Source: Histomonas meleagridis 2922-C6/04-290x
Taxonomy: Eukaryota > Protista > Parabasalia
Assembly: GCA_020184695.1 (NCBI GenBank)
Contig: JAANOX010000205.1
Span: forward strand, 947,437 to 1,011,436
Length of the DNA stretch: 64,000 bases
Reading direction: 5' to 3'
Shown here: piece by piece, positions 30,901 to 41,865 of the stretch
Position numbering within the stretch: position 1 is the first letter of the stretch
Layout of the letters: each line of letters begins with the position of its first letter
The notes under the pieces: model-generated
The model's database searches: none
What the model was told of the DNA's origin: nothing
The model's input: only the letters and a program-made list of their open reading frames with translations
Program-made: the position numbers and the translations under genes

Positions 30901-33900
30901 TCGATTTCCATTTTAATAATATTTTTAATATTAATATTTGGTAATTTAATTTTTAATGTTTCTAAAATTTCGAAAAAGTTTACGAATAAACGTAAAACAT
31001 TTTTTGGTACATCTTTAGAAGTAGTTATAACATTAATAGTTGTTAAAATTCGTTGATTTTGTTCTGGATTTACTACTAATAAAACCATTGCTATAGGTAC
31101 TAATGATTCTTTAATTAAATTATATCTTTCAGCTATTGTTATACATGAAGAAATTGCTTTAGATTTACAACATCGAATTAATTGTATAACAAAGTCTTCC
31201 ATCCATGCAAGCCATTGATTTTCATTAAATTTATTTGATGGTAAACTAAACTCAGTAACTTTATCATTAATAACTTGACATCTTGAAGCTTTTTTAGAAT
31301 GCGATATTGTACTTTGAATAATTTTTTTGTTTAATTTTTGATCTTTTTTATTATTATCCATTAAATCATACAAATTTGATAATTCATTAATTTCTTCTGT
31401 TGATAAAATATTTTTAAGTTTCGGTAAATATGATTTTATATTAACATTATTCTTTAATGAAATTACTTGTAATAATTCAAATGATTTTTCTTTTAATGAG
31501 AAATTAATTGTAATTATATTAATTATAAAACGAATAATTTGTGGTAATGATTTAGTTAAATCACTTTGATTAACAATTACTGTTAAACTTTGTAAACAAT
31601 CATTACAAATAGTTGTATTATTAATATTAATTAATAACCAACTAAATATTTTCGGATATATCATATGATCATAATATTTAATTGATTCACCAAATGATAT
31701 AAATGCTGATAATATTGCTAATACTTCTTTCGAATTATAATTATCGAATTGTGACGTGAATAAATAAGCAAATCTTGATAAATATGGTTGAATCGCTTTA
31801 GGTATAATTTTCATCATCCATTCGAAATCTAAACATAACGTAACTTTATCAAGTGAATTCCATTGTTCACAAATAAAATCAACAACATTTGGTACTAATG
31901 GATTAAAATATGATCCTAAAACAGTTAAAAATATTGTCATGTTATTTAATAATAATGTTTCAAATGCTTCTAAGTTTGTCTTTAATAAGTTTTGCAATAA
32001 TTTGACTAATTCTTTTTGATATACTTCGGATAATATTCTGTTATTTTTTAAGATTGATACTAATGCATCTATTGATATAGTTCTTAATGATGTTAATGAT
32101 TCATTTGATAATATTTCGAAAATAGATGAAAATGTAATTGATAATGAAGCGAAAATTAATTTCTTTTCGACTGATTTCGATTTACATTTATTATAAAATG
32201 AAAATAACCCTTTAACATTAAATGAATTAATGTTAATATTATTTTGATTTTTACTATATTGATATAAATCATAAGGTTTAATTGGACCAATTGTAGAAAT
32301 AGCTTTAGTTAATAAAACTAATGATATATCAGAGTTATTTAATTTGGTTAAATATAATAACTTTGATATTAAAAATGAATAATCAGTTAATATTAATGAT
32401 TGCATTTTTGTATTATTCATTATGTTAATGAATAATTTTAATGCTGAATTTAATTGTTTTGGTGTCGAATGAATTATTAACGAATTATTTAATATAGTAA
32501 CTATTTTGTTTAAGTCACATTTATTAGGTTCAATTAATATTAAATTCGATAATAATAATAATGAACTTGATGATAATTGTCCATTAAAGTTTTGGATTTG
32601 TTCATATAAAAATGATATAAATGGATAAAATAATATTCGTGCTTGATCAGAATCTAATGAATTTATCGTTTGATCACTTAATACTAAAAAATATTTTATT
32701 GCTTTTGAGTTCATTAATGAGTTTAAATTAATTTCCACAAATTTCTCATTTAAGAAATTCATTATATTTGTTTTAGCAGTTTGTTCTTTGATAAATAACA
32801 TTAAATATTTAAATGATTCAAGTGATATTTTCTCATTTGAATCATGTAATAAGATTCGAATATATGGAATAATTATCGGATCTTTAGGTTCTTTATATAA
32901 ATTACGAAATGTTTGTAAACGTAATTCTTCATTACTTTCAATAGAGATAACAGATAATATTTCAATCACAATGGATATCGATGGGTTTTTCTTTTGATAA
33001 TCTAAAATGAAATTAATAGCTGATTTACGTGTTGATAAATTCTTATTATACATTTGGATACAATATCTTAAAACTGTTGGTAATGATAATATTTCACTTG
33101 AGATGTTTAATTGGATTAATGATTGAAATCCATTACGTATTAATAATGGATTACTTGATGAGTTTAATAAAATTGGATTTAATGCTGATATTACAGGTTT
33201 ATGAATTCTTGCTGTTAAAGTTGGAATTATTTTTAATAATTGACATATTCCTGAAGTAATTAATGGTGTAATTTGTAATGAATTAAAAATTAAGATTATG
33301 TCATCATATAAAGTTTTGGTATTAACTGTTAATATCGATATAAATGAATAAATACTTTGTTCGGAATCCATTTGTTTAGCAATTAATTGTTTACATTTCA
33401 TAATAACATCAACTTCTTCACCAAAACATCGATTTTGTGCAAAGATAAACCTTCCCATTGATTCTAATGATTCATTTCGAAATTGTAATTTCTTATGTAA
33501 AATATTATATATTGATTTATAATATGTTAATATTTTTTCTTGTGTAAATAACTCGGGATTTGTTCGAAAGATTAATGGAAATAATAAAAATGCACCAATT
33601 TTGTTCTCATGTTCTCGTGATAAAAATTCCATAGGTAACTTAGTGAATTTAAACGCTGTTGTTAATTCAGGACGTTCATTTAAAATAATTTCACATGCTT
33701 TGACGGCACTTTCGTATAAAGATGTGAATTTCTCTGTGTTTGATAGGCCTGCAACAAGTTTAGAGACAAAAAGTCGTGGATTAAAGTTAATACTTTTATC
33801 TTGATCATTCTCCATAAGGTATTTTATAAGTGATAATGAAATAGTAGATACTTGTGTGGATGGTGAAAAAATTCCTAATGATAACATGTTCATCACAAAA

Positions 33901-34469
33901 TCTACTTGCGCTTGTAAACAACTGGGAAATCGGCGAAGAAGTAAATTGAGTAAACAGTATGATGTTATAACATGATCAGTGTCCATTTGACTCCATTTCT
34001 TCATATTTGATCGAAATGGTTGAAGAACCATTTGAAATGATGAATGAAGAGATTTGGATAAATATGTTAGGACTCTGTCTAATAAGTAATATGACTGAGG
34101 ATTTGGTCCAAGATCAACTGTTAATACATCTTTGGCAATTCTATTGGCTTTATATACTTTATCACCTACATCAACATCTATGAGTAAGGAAATTAAAATC
34201 AGATAGTCTTTATGATTTTTTTGCTTTAGAGTTTTATTTGAAATATCATTAAATAATTTATTAATATCGAATTTTTTCTGTCTAGATTGGGAAGAAATGA
34301 AATTCTTGAAGTTAGAAGCCAATGAGCTAAATTGATATTTGTCATTATTGTTACACATCAAAATTAAATTGTCTATGTAAGCTTCTTGAACATCATTAAT
34401 ATTAAGGCCCGCAGAATTTGTATCGATTGTGTTTAGGTTTATGCTCGCTGGTTTCTTCCTTAAACTCAT
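27942..34469 (-). CDS. TOR-like PIKK protein (HEAT-FAT-FRB-like-kinase-FATC) with degenerate catalytic motifs
   Basis: 2175 aa. IKSKERQLKIVFVGSNGKKY, EKVPFRLTR, GTFRSCCEYVMELLR and the FATC-like end LIQSATSQENLCAMYSGWYPWL. Confidence 0.9.
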   Translation of the reverse strand: MSLRKKPASINLNTIDTNSAGLNINDVQEAYIDNLILMCNNNDKYQFSSLASNFKNFISSQSRQKKFDINKLFNDISNKTLKQKNHKDYLILISLLIDVDVGDKVYKANRIAKDVLTVDLGPNPQSYYLLDRVLTYLSKSLHSSFQMVLQPFRSNMKKWSQMDTDHVITSYCLLNLLLRRFPSCLQAQVDFVMNMLSLGIFSPSTQVSTISLSLIKYLMENDQDKSINFNPRLFVSKLVAGLSNTEKFTSLYESAVKACEIILNERPELTTAFKFTKLPMEFLSREHENKIGAFLLFPLIFRTNPELFTQEKILTYYKSIYNILHKKLQFRNESLESMGRFIFAQNRCFGEEVDVIMKCKQLIAKQMDSEQSIYSFISILTVNTKTLYDDIILIFNSLQITPLITSGICQLLKIIPTLTARIHKPVISALNPILLNSSSNPLLIRNGFQSLIQLNISSEILSLPTVLRYCIQMYNKNLSTRKSAINFILDYQKKNPSISIVIEILSVISIESNEELRLQTFRNLYKEPKDPIIIPYIRILLHDSNEKISLESFKYLMLFIKEQTAKTNIMNFLNEKFVEINLNSLMNSKAIKYFLVLSDQTINSLDSDQARILFYPFISFLYEQIQNFNGQLSSSSLLLLSNLILIEPNKCDLNKIVTILNNSLIIHSTPKQLNSALKLFINIMNNTKMQSLILTDYSFLISKLLYLTKLNNSDISLVLLTKAISTIGPIKPYDLYQYSKNQNNININSFNVKGLFSFYNKCKSKSVEKKLIFASLSITFSSIFEILSNESLTSLRTISIDALVSILKNNRILSEVYQKELVKLLQNLLKTNLEAFETLLLNNMTIFLTVLGSYFNPLVPNVVDFICEQWNSLDKVTLCLDFEWMMKIIPKAIQPYLSRFAYLFTSQFDNYNSKEVLAILSAFISFGESIKYYDHMIYPKIFSWLLININNTTICNDCLQSLTVIVNQSDLTKSLPQIIRFIINIITINFSLKEKSFELLQVISLKNNVNIKSYLPKLKNILSTEEINELSNLYDLMDNNKKDQKLNKKIIQSTISHSKKASRCQVINDKVTEFSLPSNKFNENQWLAWMEDFVIQLIRCCKSKAISSCITIAERYNLIKESLVPIAMVLLVVNPEQNQRILTTINVITTSKDVPKNVLRLFVNFFEILETLKIKLPNINIKNIIKMEIENDFLYPSLRQSEELFNDSIEDLININQKLGLNLAAKGILTKTKKMNINIKNKKLELYEKLGLWDKALKIYEQKLKNSSNDIELLKGKFNCLYSLHNYNQLIKEKNINNFPLYKTASCWYLFKKSKFNRIASKLKDDNLYKIYYYIINDKFDEAEKLLLTQFENSYQMLSLDSENYDNLYYNFSVLSNLNEIEEVIEYKKLQIKLVNSDLIESNLIKEKLNNITNKWKSRFDRLTNDSTILLENICIHSIVLNNSQLNIYWNRLFNSLIEENKIQIAQSLLSNLIKKNKNNIEMNNIYNLYKSQILWKSNKKDEAINLISNNLVNVNSRIILTKWLLSMNKKLEAKSILENVINDKNNDNLSELWTIWGKINFELFKEDKSNENYLINSFKALLNGIISIDNDNDKFLFLIISKLFKYGNEEIYKLLMKNLYKIPSIFWLNSIPYLIAKLNNINNENLKELIEEILYNVSNEHPHLILQYLYVPIKSNLPQKELIIDLINRINSTTKHLNLFLQYDLFSNEMINISLTLWNKWQILITKLLHSNKPETFINNLLDLHNETKTKQKTFKEICFIKLFENVLTKAEKNINKYNETNNSKYINKSLKIYSKILNIINQIIKTPKTLSLIDTITDIKHLRKLEIIIPGTYDNNNEKLITIDNVQNEIQIIKSKERQLKIVFVGSNGKKYIFIILNNEDLRIQHRIMNLFNYINAIINHSSIPFSQKLTISINKVIPFSNEVGIISWFSGSKTLNHIIKRIRSSKKPNIIENYEYKIASKNCNVSYDNLSLDEKIKRYNLSIKDTEGDEIKSILLLEASNSTHWLVRRINYTTSLVASSILGYLIGIGNRHFQNILMQTVSGKIINIDYKECFEISMKRKRCPEKVPFRLTRSFITAMEVSEVEGTFRSCCEYVMELLRNNKQQILGILKVFNVDPLIKDDGIVKRIKDKLNGNDLGEVEMDVKKHVDKLIQSATSQENLCAMYSGWYPWL

Positions 34470-34783
34470 ATTTTGGTTGATATTTAGATAGGTATTTGAC
34501 AGTTGCCGTCACTTTTTTGTTTAAGCAATATTGGTAACGGTTTTTACTTTGAATTTCCCGTTTTTTGACATTTTGAGAAATTACGACCGTTACGCAAAAA
34601 AATTTCAAAAATTTTTCTTTGCTAAAAGCTTTTACATAAAAATAAGAAAAAAACAAAATTTTTAAGTTTTGTTTGCGGCGAGATAGTATCTGATGATGTA
34701 TAATTAAAGATATCATCATGTTGTGTTCCGGTGAATTTCAATCAAATTAATTAAAAATTTTAAAATTTTGATAGATATATTTA

Positions 34784-36316
34784 TTACAATTTGCATACAA
34801 CGACACCAGTGTTTCCCTGTGAAACAAAAGCCTTCAAACCTTTCATTCGACACAAATCTAATATGTATGGACGGAGAACAGGCATTCCCCCAGCAGAGTG
34901 AATTCCTTTTCCTGTGATAAAGTTAACTTGCGCAACGTTTCCGGAGATTATCGCATTTTCTATTGTCTGGTTAAATTTTTGATGAGCTTTCATGATCGTA
35001 TACCCATGAAGATCAATTGTGATAATTCTCTTCGGCCCGTGGGGCCTTCTTACAATTTTACTTCGGGGAGCTTCTGTAACGAGTTTACGAGCAATGTCAA
35101 CATTTCCATTTGCTCTTGAAATGGCTTCCTTAGCTTGTGTTATTGTTAAATCTGGTCGAATGGAGAAAATTTCATCTTCAAGTGGAGGCTGTTCAAATGA
35201 GTGTTGAAGAAGGATTTCAGCTGCAGTATCGAAATCATTTCCTTTAAGTGCATCACGAATGATGTTTGTTGGCATTGCCGGAAATATTTCTTGTAGTTGA
35301 GATACAATTGGATCTGTTGTTACGCTAAGTTTTGTTGGGTTTCTTTGAACAATGATATTGATTGCTTGTTCGACATCTCCTTTTGCCATGTCAAGTGATT
35401 CTTCTAAGACGTCATTGCTATAATTAGGGAAAATGTCTTTGAGTTGCTTGACATTACTTTCTCTAAGAAGAGTCGGATTCACTAACGGTTTCAGATCGTT
35501 CGGGATTTCTTTGACCTTTGAATTCCTCGGCGGTTGTGCGGCGGTTTTTGATGACTTTTGGGGCAATGGAAGCTGAGGGAACGAGTTCAATGTTTTCTGC
35601 TTCCTTCTTTTCCGGTTCTGGTTGCGATTCTGCTTAATGGTTGGATTCATTTCCGAAAGGATTTGAATTGCAACCTCAAGTGAATTTCCGGCTGCTTCAA
35701 GAGCATTTCGAAGAACATCTTCTTCAATTTTTGGAAATGCTTCTTTAAGAATTGCGACCGAATTTTTTGGTTGCGATTGGTTACTATCTGATTCTTGGCT
35801 TTGCGTTTCATAGAGATCCATTTCATCAAGAAATTTTATTGCTTCTTCAACTGAATTACCTGCTGCTTCAAGAGCATTATTGAGAACATCTTCGCTTAAG
35901 TTTGGAAAACTTTCTTTGAGAATTTCAATTTGTTTCTTTGTGGATGGTTCATTTTCTTGTTTTATTGTTTCAAGTTCTTCATAGTGGTTAAGCATTAACT
36001 TTGCTGCTTGTATTCCTTGTATAGTTTCCTTTACGTTGAATTTAAAGTCTTCCAAATAAATATAACACAATTCATCACTCATATCAGGAAATTGTTTTTG
36101 TATTTCCTTCACTTGGTTTTGAGCGTTGTCATTTTCATTGTTTATAATTATATCGGTATTGTTTTCTGGAGAATATATAATGTGTAAAGTTTCATTTGCT
36201 TCATCAAAGGGCATCCAGCTTAGTATATCACTGCATTCTTCGTATGTTGAAAAAGGATTTAATTTTAGTAGTTCTTCAACTCTTTGTGAGCTGTTTCGAT
36301 TGTTTTCTGCAAGCAT
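34784..36316 (-). CDS. Multi-CUE/UBA plus Smr-domain protein (Cue2/N4BP2-like)
   Basis: About six L/I.E.FP...L..AL...GN...AI..L repeats and a C-terminal Smr domain IDLHG...FITGKGIHS...LRP...GNTGVV. Confidence 0.85.
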   Translation of the reverse strand: MLAENNRNSSQRVEELLKLNPFSTYEECSDILSWMPFDEANETLHIIYSPENNTDIIINNENDNAQNQVKEIQKQFPDMSDELCYIYLEDFKFNVKETIQGIQAAKLMLNHYEELETIKQENEPSTKKQIEILKESFPNLSEDVLNNALEAAGNSVEEAIKFLDEMDLYETQSQESDSNQSQPKNSVAILKEAFPKIEEDVLRNALEAAGNSLEVAIQILSEMNPTIKQNRNQNRKRRKQKTLNSFPQLPLPQKSSKTAAQPPRNSKVKEIPNDLKPLVNPTLLRESNVKQLKDIFPNYSNDVLEESLDMAKGDVEQAINIIVQRNPTKLSVTTDPIVSQLQEIFPAMPTNIIRDALKGNDFDTAAEILLQHSFEQPPLEDEIFSIRPDLTITQAKEAISRANGNVDIARKLVTEAPRSKIVRRPHGPKRIITIDLHGYTIMKAHQKFNQTIENAIISGNVAQVNFITGKGIHSAGGMPVLRPYILDLCRMKGLKAFVSQGNTGVVVCKL

Positions 36317-37192
36317 TTGCCCACAGAACCCAAAAATTCAAATAATTGAGTTGTTTACATAGGTGTTTTCAAATGTCTAAGTAAAGTATTTAAAACAAGA
36401 AAGAATATTTTTCTATTGTTTTCGTGGATATCAAGATTACTATTGGATTATCCATCTTAAATTATGTGGCATGTATTGGTAATTTGTTTGAAAACATTCA
36501 GATATAAATTTCACTTAAAATTATTTGATCAAAAATTATCAATTGTAAAAAGTCATAATTACTGAAGAAAACCAGTCAAATAAAATATTGAACTATTATT
36601 AATATTGCAGATTAATTACGCAACATTTCAAAGGAAGTAAAATTATTTTTTACATTTAAAAAAAATTTCGAAAGTAATTGATTAAGTGTTTTAATGAAAA
36701 TAATGTTAAACTTGTAATGGATAAATAATCTGTTAGATTTTAATATGTTGTGAATGACAACGTTCATGATGATGCTTCTAATACATGTAAAAATGTAACT
36801 AATAAAGTGAATTAACAATGTGTGATTTTGAAAGCTTAAAAAATGATATTGGCAACATAGAAAACTCCATAAAAAAGAATCAATTTCTGCCAAAACTGTA
36901 GTTTTATATTGAACTCAAATATTATTTGCCTTACATTCCATATGACTAAGAAAAAAAGAATTATTCAATTTTCTCCACAGCAGAATCACATTTTCAATGA
37001 AATTAACCCAATTTTGAATGATTATAACTTGATTTTATTTTGTTTCCATTCTTCTTTAAGGATTTGAAATGGAACAATAAAAATTGTGAATATAAAATCG
37101 AAGAGTCAACGCTATGTATGAATTCAGTAAAAAAACATTCAAAAAATATTTCACTTTTCCAAAAACATTAAATTTGTGCATTTTTTATCTTG

Positions 37193-38035
37193 ATGAACCA
37201 GGATGAGAGTGATATTTTTTCTATGTATAGTAATTCTATTGAACAAGATGATGAATATGATCCTTTTGAAGAATCATTAATTCAACTAGATAAAATTTAT
37301 AATGGATATCATGATCAGTTTTTGTTTGATGATCCAAATTTTGTTGATGACATACCAATTTTTCATAAAAGAGCTGAAACCCTTCCTAAAAACACAATAT
37401 TTTCACCAACACACTTTAAATTTGACATTGAGCAAGTTCCTGTTGCTAATTCTGCATTTGTTTTGGATCATTGTAATAATAAATATAAAACTCATAAAGA
37501 ACACAAAGAAATCTCTCAAGCAATTTTTGATAATGCATGTAAAAATCCTTATTTAATAATAAATCCACAAAGAATTGGCTTGATACCTACAAATATTTGG
37601 ATAGATGAAAATATAACATTTGGTCAAATTGTTTCTGATTTTTTTCAACGGAAAAATAGTGCAACAAGTAGGTTCATTCATAAATTATATAATGCACTTA
37701 AGATTAGTGATATTGGTCCAAATTTTGCTGAATATGTTGGTGTCCAATGGTTAGGAACTTATTTGATTAAAGTGAACAAAAATAATTTCGGAAGATTATT
37801 AGGAATCAAATCAATTGATGGTTCATTATTTCATCATCAAGGAAACTTTTATTCACATGGATTTATAGAATTATGTGTTAGTGATATAAGAAAATATAAA
37901 CTTACGAAATTTGATTTATATGGAGTAGATTTTTTAAATGTTCGTTTGTTTGTTCATTCGAATCGATTATTTATTAAAGATTGTACTGAATCTGACTTAA
38001 ACAAATGTAAATGGATTAACCATAAACAGCAATAA
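37193..38035 (+). CDS. Parabasalid-type protein resembling initiator-binding (IBD, winged-helix) family members
   Basis: RKNSATSRFIHKLYNALKI...YVGVQW..LIKVNK..FGRLLGIKSIDGSLFHHQGNFYSHGF. The family assignment is from memory of trichomonad paralogs. Confidence 0.55.
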   Translation: MNQDESDIFSMYSNSIEQDDEYDPFEESLIQLDKIYNGYHDQFLFDDPNFVDDIPIFHKRAETLPKNTIFSPTHFKFDIEQVPVANSAFVLDHCNNKYKTHKEHKEISQAIFDNACKNPYLIINPQRIGLIPTNIWIDENITFGQIVSDFFQRKNSATSRFIHKLYNALKISDIGPNFAEYVGVQWLGTYLIKVNKNNFGRLLGIKSIDGSLFHHQGNFYSHGFIELCVSDIRKYKLTKFDLYGVDFLNVRLFVHSNRLFIKDCTESDLNKCKWINHKQQ

Positions 38036-38289
38036 CAATTTTTGATATATTTAAATCCATTCTCAAATTAACTTGAGATTTTCCATTTCAAATGCACGTT
38101 AATATATTTATTCTTATATTAACATTAAATGTTCATAAATATTATACATACAATTTTTAAATAAAGAAATAAATATTTTTGCATATTAAATTTTTTAAAT
38201 TGTTCTTTCTTAAAAAAATAATTATTTTCGGTAAAAATGAAAAATAGTTTTAAAAAAGTGTTTATTCAGTATTTTGTGTATTTAATTTT

Positions 38290-39123
38290 TTATTCGTCAA
38301 CTATTTCAACTTTTGGTTTCTTTTCCTTTTCTTCTTCTTCTTCGTTTTTATCTTCTTCTACGTGTTGAGTTGGATGCGTTTGTTGTGTTACTGGCGTTCT
38401 AAGATTAAAAGCAGCAGTAGCATTAGAAGTTCCAGTTATAAATGCAAGTATTAATGCTGGAATATAATGTCTGTGATAACCAATGTACTTTGTAAATGGT
38501 GTCTTATGTGTCGACGCATAATATACACTTGAGAAAATCAAATTACGAATGACAGTTGTGATATTAGACATCCGTGTTTCTTGACCACCAAGAAGCGGGC
38601 GAGTTATGATTTCTAATACTTGATCCATAGTAGCAAATGTAAGAGCAATTACAAGTGATCGATTTCCAAGTATTTGTGTAGTGCGAAGAATGAGAGTATA
38701 AAGACGAGTTTGGTTGATGCCTTGTAAAATTCCAAGGAAATAATATAAAAGCCTTGTAAGTTTGTAGAAAATATCAAATGGTGAAAGTGTCATTGCCACA
38801 AAAACGCCACCGAAAATTGCAAGGATAAGAGGATTTGAGGTTGTTGGTGATTTTTTATGGGAAATATATGCAAATATTTCTCTAGGCAAAAATGTCATCA
38901 AAGCTGCAATAAGTAATTGCTTGATCCAAAGGAGAATTGATCTCTTTTTATTATTTGTAGATGAACGAACTACATAACATGAATATAATGACTGAATTGT
39001 AAACCAAAATGGAAATTGTGGAGTTCCAAAAATTAACTGATAAATTTGACGGTAACCACCATTTACAAATTGATTTACGGAATTGTTAATTTCCGCATTA
39101 AGACGATTGAACATTTCTTTCAT
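38290..39123 (-). CDS. Multi-pass membrane protein, possibly TRIC/TMEM38-like
   Basis: Several hydrophobic helices, a P...N..IL...........SPFDIFYKL pattern, and an acidic/basic tail. The ORF is clear; the family call is tentative. Confidence 0.55.
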   Translation of the reverse strand: MKEMFNRLNAEINNSVNQFVNGGYRQIYQLIFGTPQFPFWFTIQSLYSCYVVRSSTNNKKRSILLWIKQLLIAALMTFLPREIFAYISHKKSPTTSNPLILAIFGGVFVAMTLSPFDIFYKLTRLLYYFLGILQGINQTRLYTLILRTTQILGNRSLVIALTFATMDQVLEIITRPLLGGQETRMSNITTVIRNLIFSSVYYASTHKTPFTKYIGYHRHYIPALILAFITGTSNATAAFNLRTPVTQQTHPTQHVEEDKNEEEEEKEKKPKVEIVDE

Positions 39124-40224
39124 CCCCTAAATGTGAAATGATTTAAAAATTCAATTGACCGTTTTGGCATTTTGGCCGAACAAATAGCAAAAACATCAAC
39201 TACGATCGAAACATAATTCTTCACCCGAAATGATATTAGAAGAAGAAGAATCTGATACATGACGCTTCCTTTTCCAACATGAGAAGAATACGAATGATCA
39301 GAATTTCTTTGTCTTTTCTTGTTATGTCTTGGGACTAAAACTACGATAGAAAAATTTGAGAAAAAATAATGTCTCGCACATTGAAAGTCCAAATATTTTC
39401 GCTCAATTTCCTCTATCGTACTATTAACGGTCAAAATATTCTGCTTTTTATTCAAACTAGATCTAATAAATAACTAAATGTTTGATTATCCATTGGATTT
39501 TTTTATTAGGTTTTTAATCACATAATTAAATATCGTCAGATTCAATCAAGAAAATAATAGATTGAATTTTAAAGAAACAATGTCTTAAATTTTAGTCGGT
39601 TTTTTAATTGATAAATTTTTTTGAAATTAGTGTTCATTTGATTATATTCAGATCAAGAAGAAATCTCAGGAGCTAATCGCAAAATAATGATTTTTATCTT
39701 AGCAATGTAAAGTATTCAAACGAGTAACTTTTACACTTGCTTTTGATCGTGAATTTCACTTTTTGTATGATTTTCACTTTTTAAATCAGTTTTTATCGTT
39801 GCTTGTTGAACTTTTATTCAGCCACACATTGACAATTTTTGGATACCCATTGTAAAATTCAATTTTATTTGAAAAATATGAATAGTTTATTTTGCAGGTA
39901 CCTGTTCAATTATTGCGTGGAAATTGAGGTTTTTGTGTGGAAAATATTCGGTGTTTGCTCCAATTCAATTTTTTCCTTTACTTTTTGAGTTATATTTGAC
40001 ATTTTATCGTGTATAAATGAATAAATTTTGATCGTCTGACGTTAATGCCACCCTAAACGCCCATTTTATATCCGTAAAACCAAAAAAAACAGCTATTCAA
40101 AATAACTCTTCACAAATGGTGCTGTTTTGAATCAAAAATAATCGTATTTAGACAAAAGTTCCGGAAGCCCAATTGTAAACGGTTAATTGGTAAATTGCAG
40201 CCTATTTGCGGTTAGCAGAAACAA

Positions 40225-41757
40225 ATGAGTGAAGAAGCAGGACCTCTTGCAGCATTGCTTGCTCAGCACCCACAGCAACAAGAAACAGTTCTTGATGTTC
40301 ACTTCAAAAACTCAATTGCCCCCAAAATTGAGATGCAATCTCATGAAAAAACAAGAAGCATTCCATCAAACCCTCCAACACAGAAAAAAAAAGACGAATC
40401 TAATTCTGAAAGCGATGAAGACAAGCCTATTGGCCTAACTTATCGCCAACTCTCATTTACTTCTATTGATGGAAACTTAGTTTCTAAAGGCGGTGAACCA
40501 TTAGGCATTTCGATCCCTTCAAAAGTAGTCCCGACCAAAGAGGAAGAGATTGATAATGAAATAGATGAAGAAGATAAAAATGATCCTCCACAAGTTCAAA
40601 TTGTAAAGGAGTTAAGAACAAAGAATCTCAAGCGATGGAAGGAAATGGGTTATGAGCCACCGGCTGATCTTATCAAGCTTACACGTGCACATACCCAAGA
40701 TTCAATTAACGAAGAATCGTTTAAGCCTTTTGATCAGGAAATACCTCATCCCAACTCATCACGCGAAGCTTCTGCTGATCACAAAAATCGTCATTCAATA
40801 TCTCATAAAAGATGTGGAAGTGATGGTATGAAACTTGGCGAAGCTTCTTCTAGCTTATCACGTATGTCAGAAGCTCTTATGCTCCCACCAAGTCGGAAAC
40901 AAGTCAACAAAGTTGAAAATGAAATAAATTCCGAAGAAGATACTGGCGAATTATTTGGAAACCTCGGTAAGATTGTTCGCCATTCAGATAAAGTTGTTTA
41001 CGAAGCTATTCGCACTGGAGATCTTTCAAATGTAAAAGATGCGAAACGATTGTATAAAGCATTCAAAAAGTTGCAAGACAAATGCATATCAGAACTTTGG
41101 GCTGATGAAGCTTCCTATCTTGCTGAACTAATGGAAGGTCTTAACATAGACCATAGCGACAAGTTGCGGCCAAGTAATGATGAGATCAAGCAACTTCAAA
41201 GGAAATCTCAAGAATCGTCTGCAAAATACGATCAACTTATTACAAAGGAACTTGACAAAGAAAAACTAACCATTGAACTCCTCAAGAAACAGTATGAGTT
41301 TGATATGCTTGAGCTAGAATCTATGGAACGTGCTTCAAAACATATTAACAAAATTTCACAACAAAACATTCTTTCATTAGAAGAGGAGGCTAAAAACCTT
41401 ATGCGCCGTAACCAAATGGATAGCGCCCGTAAGGTTATTGATCAAATCGACAAATTAAAGAATCTTGATTACAAATCAGAAAAGATTGCCAACAAAAAGA
41501 GAGCACTCCACTATGAGTTACAACTAAAGATTGACAACGCGCATGCCAAATGCGAGATAAATGTTGCCGATCTCAAAAATCGTCAAAGTAATTCACAGAA
41601 AAAGTACAGCAGCCAAATCAATCGAATCAAGAAATACAAAGTCGAGATAAGGCCAGAAATTCGGTACACTGCGACAAAGAAGGATTTGTTGAAGATAAGT
41701 GCTCCAAAAATGATCGACAGAAAAAATGAGAAAATCACTGATTTTAATTCCTCTTGA
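40225..41757 (+). CDS. Hypothetical protein with low-complexity N-half and coiled-coil C-half
   Basis: 510-aa ATG-initiated ORF with E/K/Q heptads in the C-terminal half. Confidence 0.75.
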   Translation: MSEEAGPLAALLAQHPQQQETVLDVHFKNSIAPKIEMQSHEKTRSIPSNPPTQKKKDESNSESDEDKPIGLTYRQLSFTSIDGNLVSKGGEPLGISIPSKVVPTKEEEIDNEIDEEDKNDPPQVQIVKELRTKNLKRWKEMGYEPPADLIKLTRAHTQDSINEESFKPFDQEIPHPNSSREASADHKNRHSISHKRCGSDGMKLGEASSSLSRMSEALMLPPSRKQVNKVENEINSEEDTGELFGNLGKIVRHSDKVVYEAIRTGDLSNVKDAKRLYKAFKKLQDKCISELWADEASYLAELMEGLNIDHSDKLRPSNDEIKQLQRKSQESSAKYDQLITKELDKEKLTIELLKKQYEFDMLELESMERASKHINKISQQNILSLEEEAKNLMRRNQMDSARKVIDQIDKLKNLDYKSEKIANKKRALHYELQLKIDNAHAKCEINVADLKNRQSNSQKKYSSQINRIKKYKVEIRPEIRYTATKKDLLKISAPKMIDRKNEKITDFNSS

Positions 41758-41865
41758 AATGTTATAATGGAAATGAATCAATAAAATTATTATTGTATAA
41801 AATATTTTTTGGAAATTTCCAAATGTTATGAAGTAATATGTCAAATTTCGAAATTAATTTGGCCT

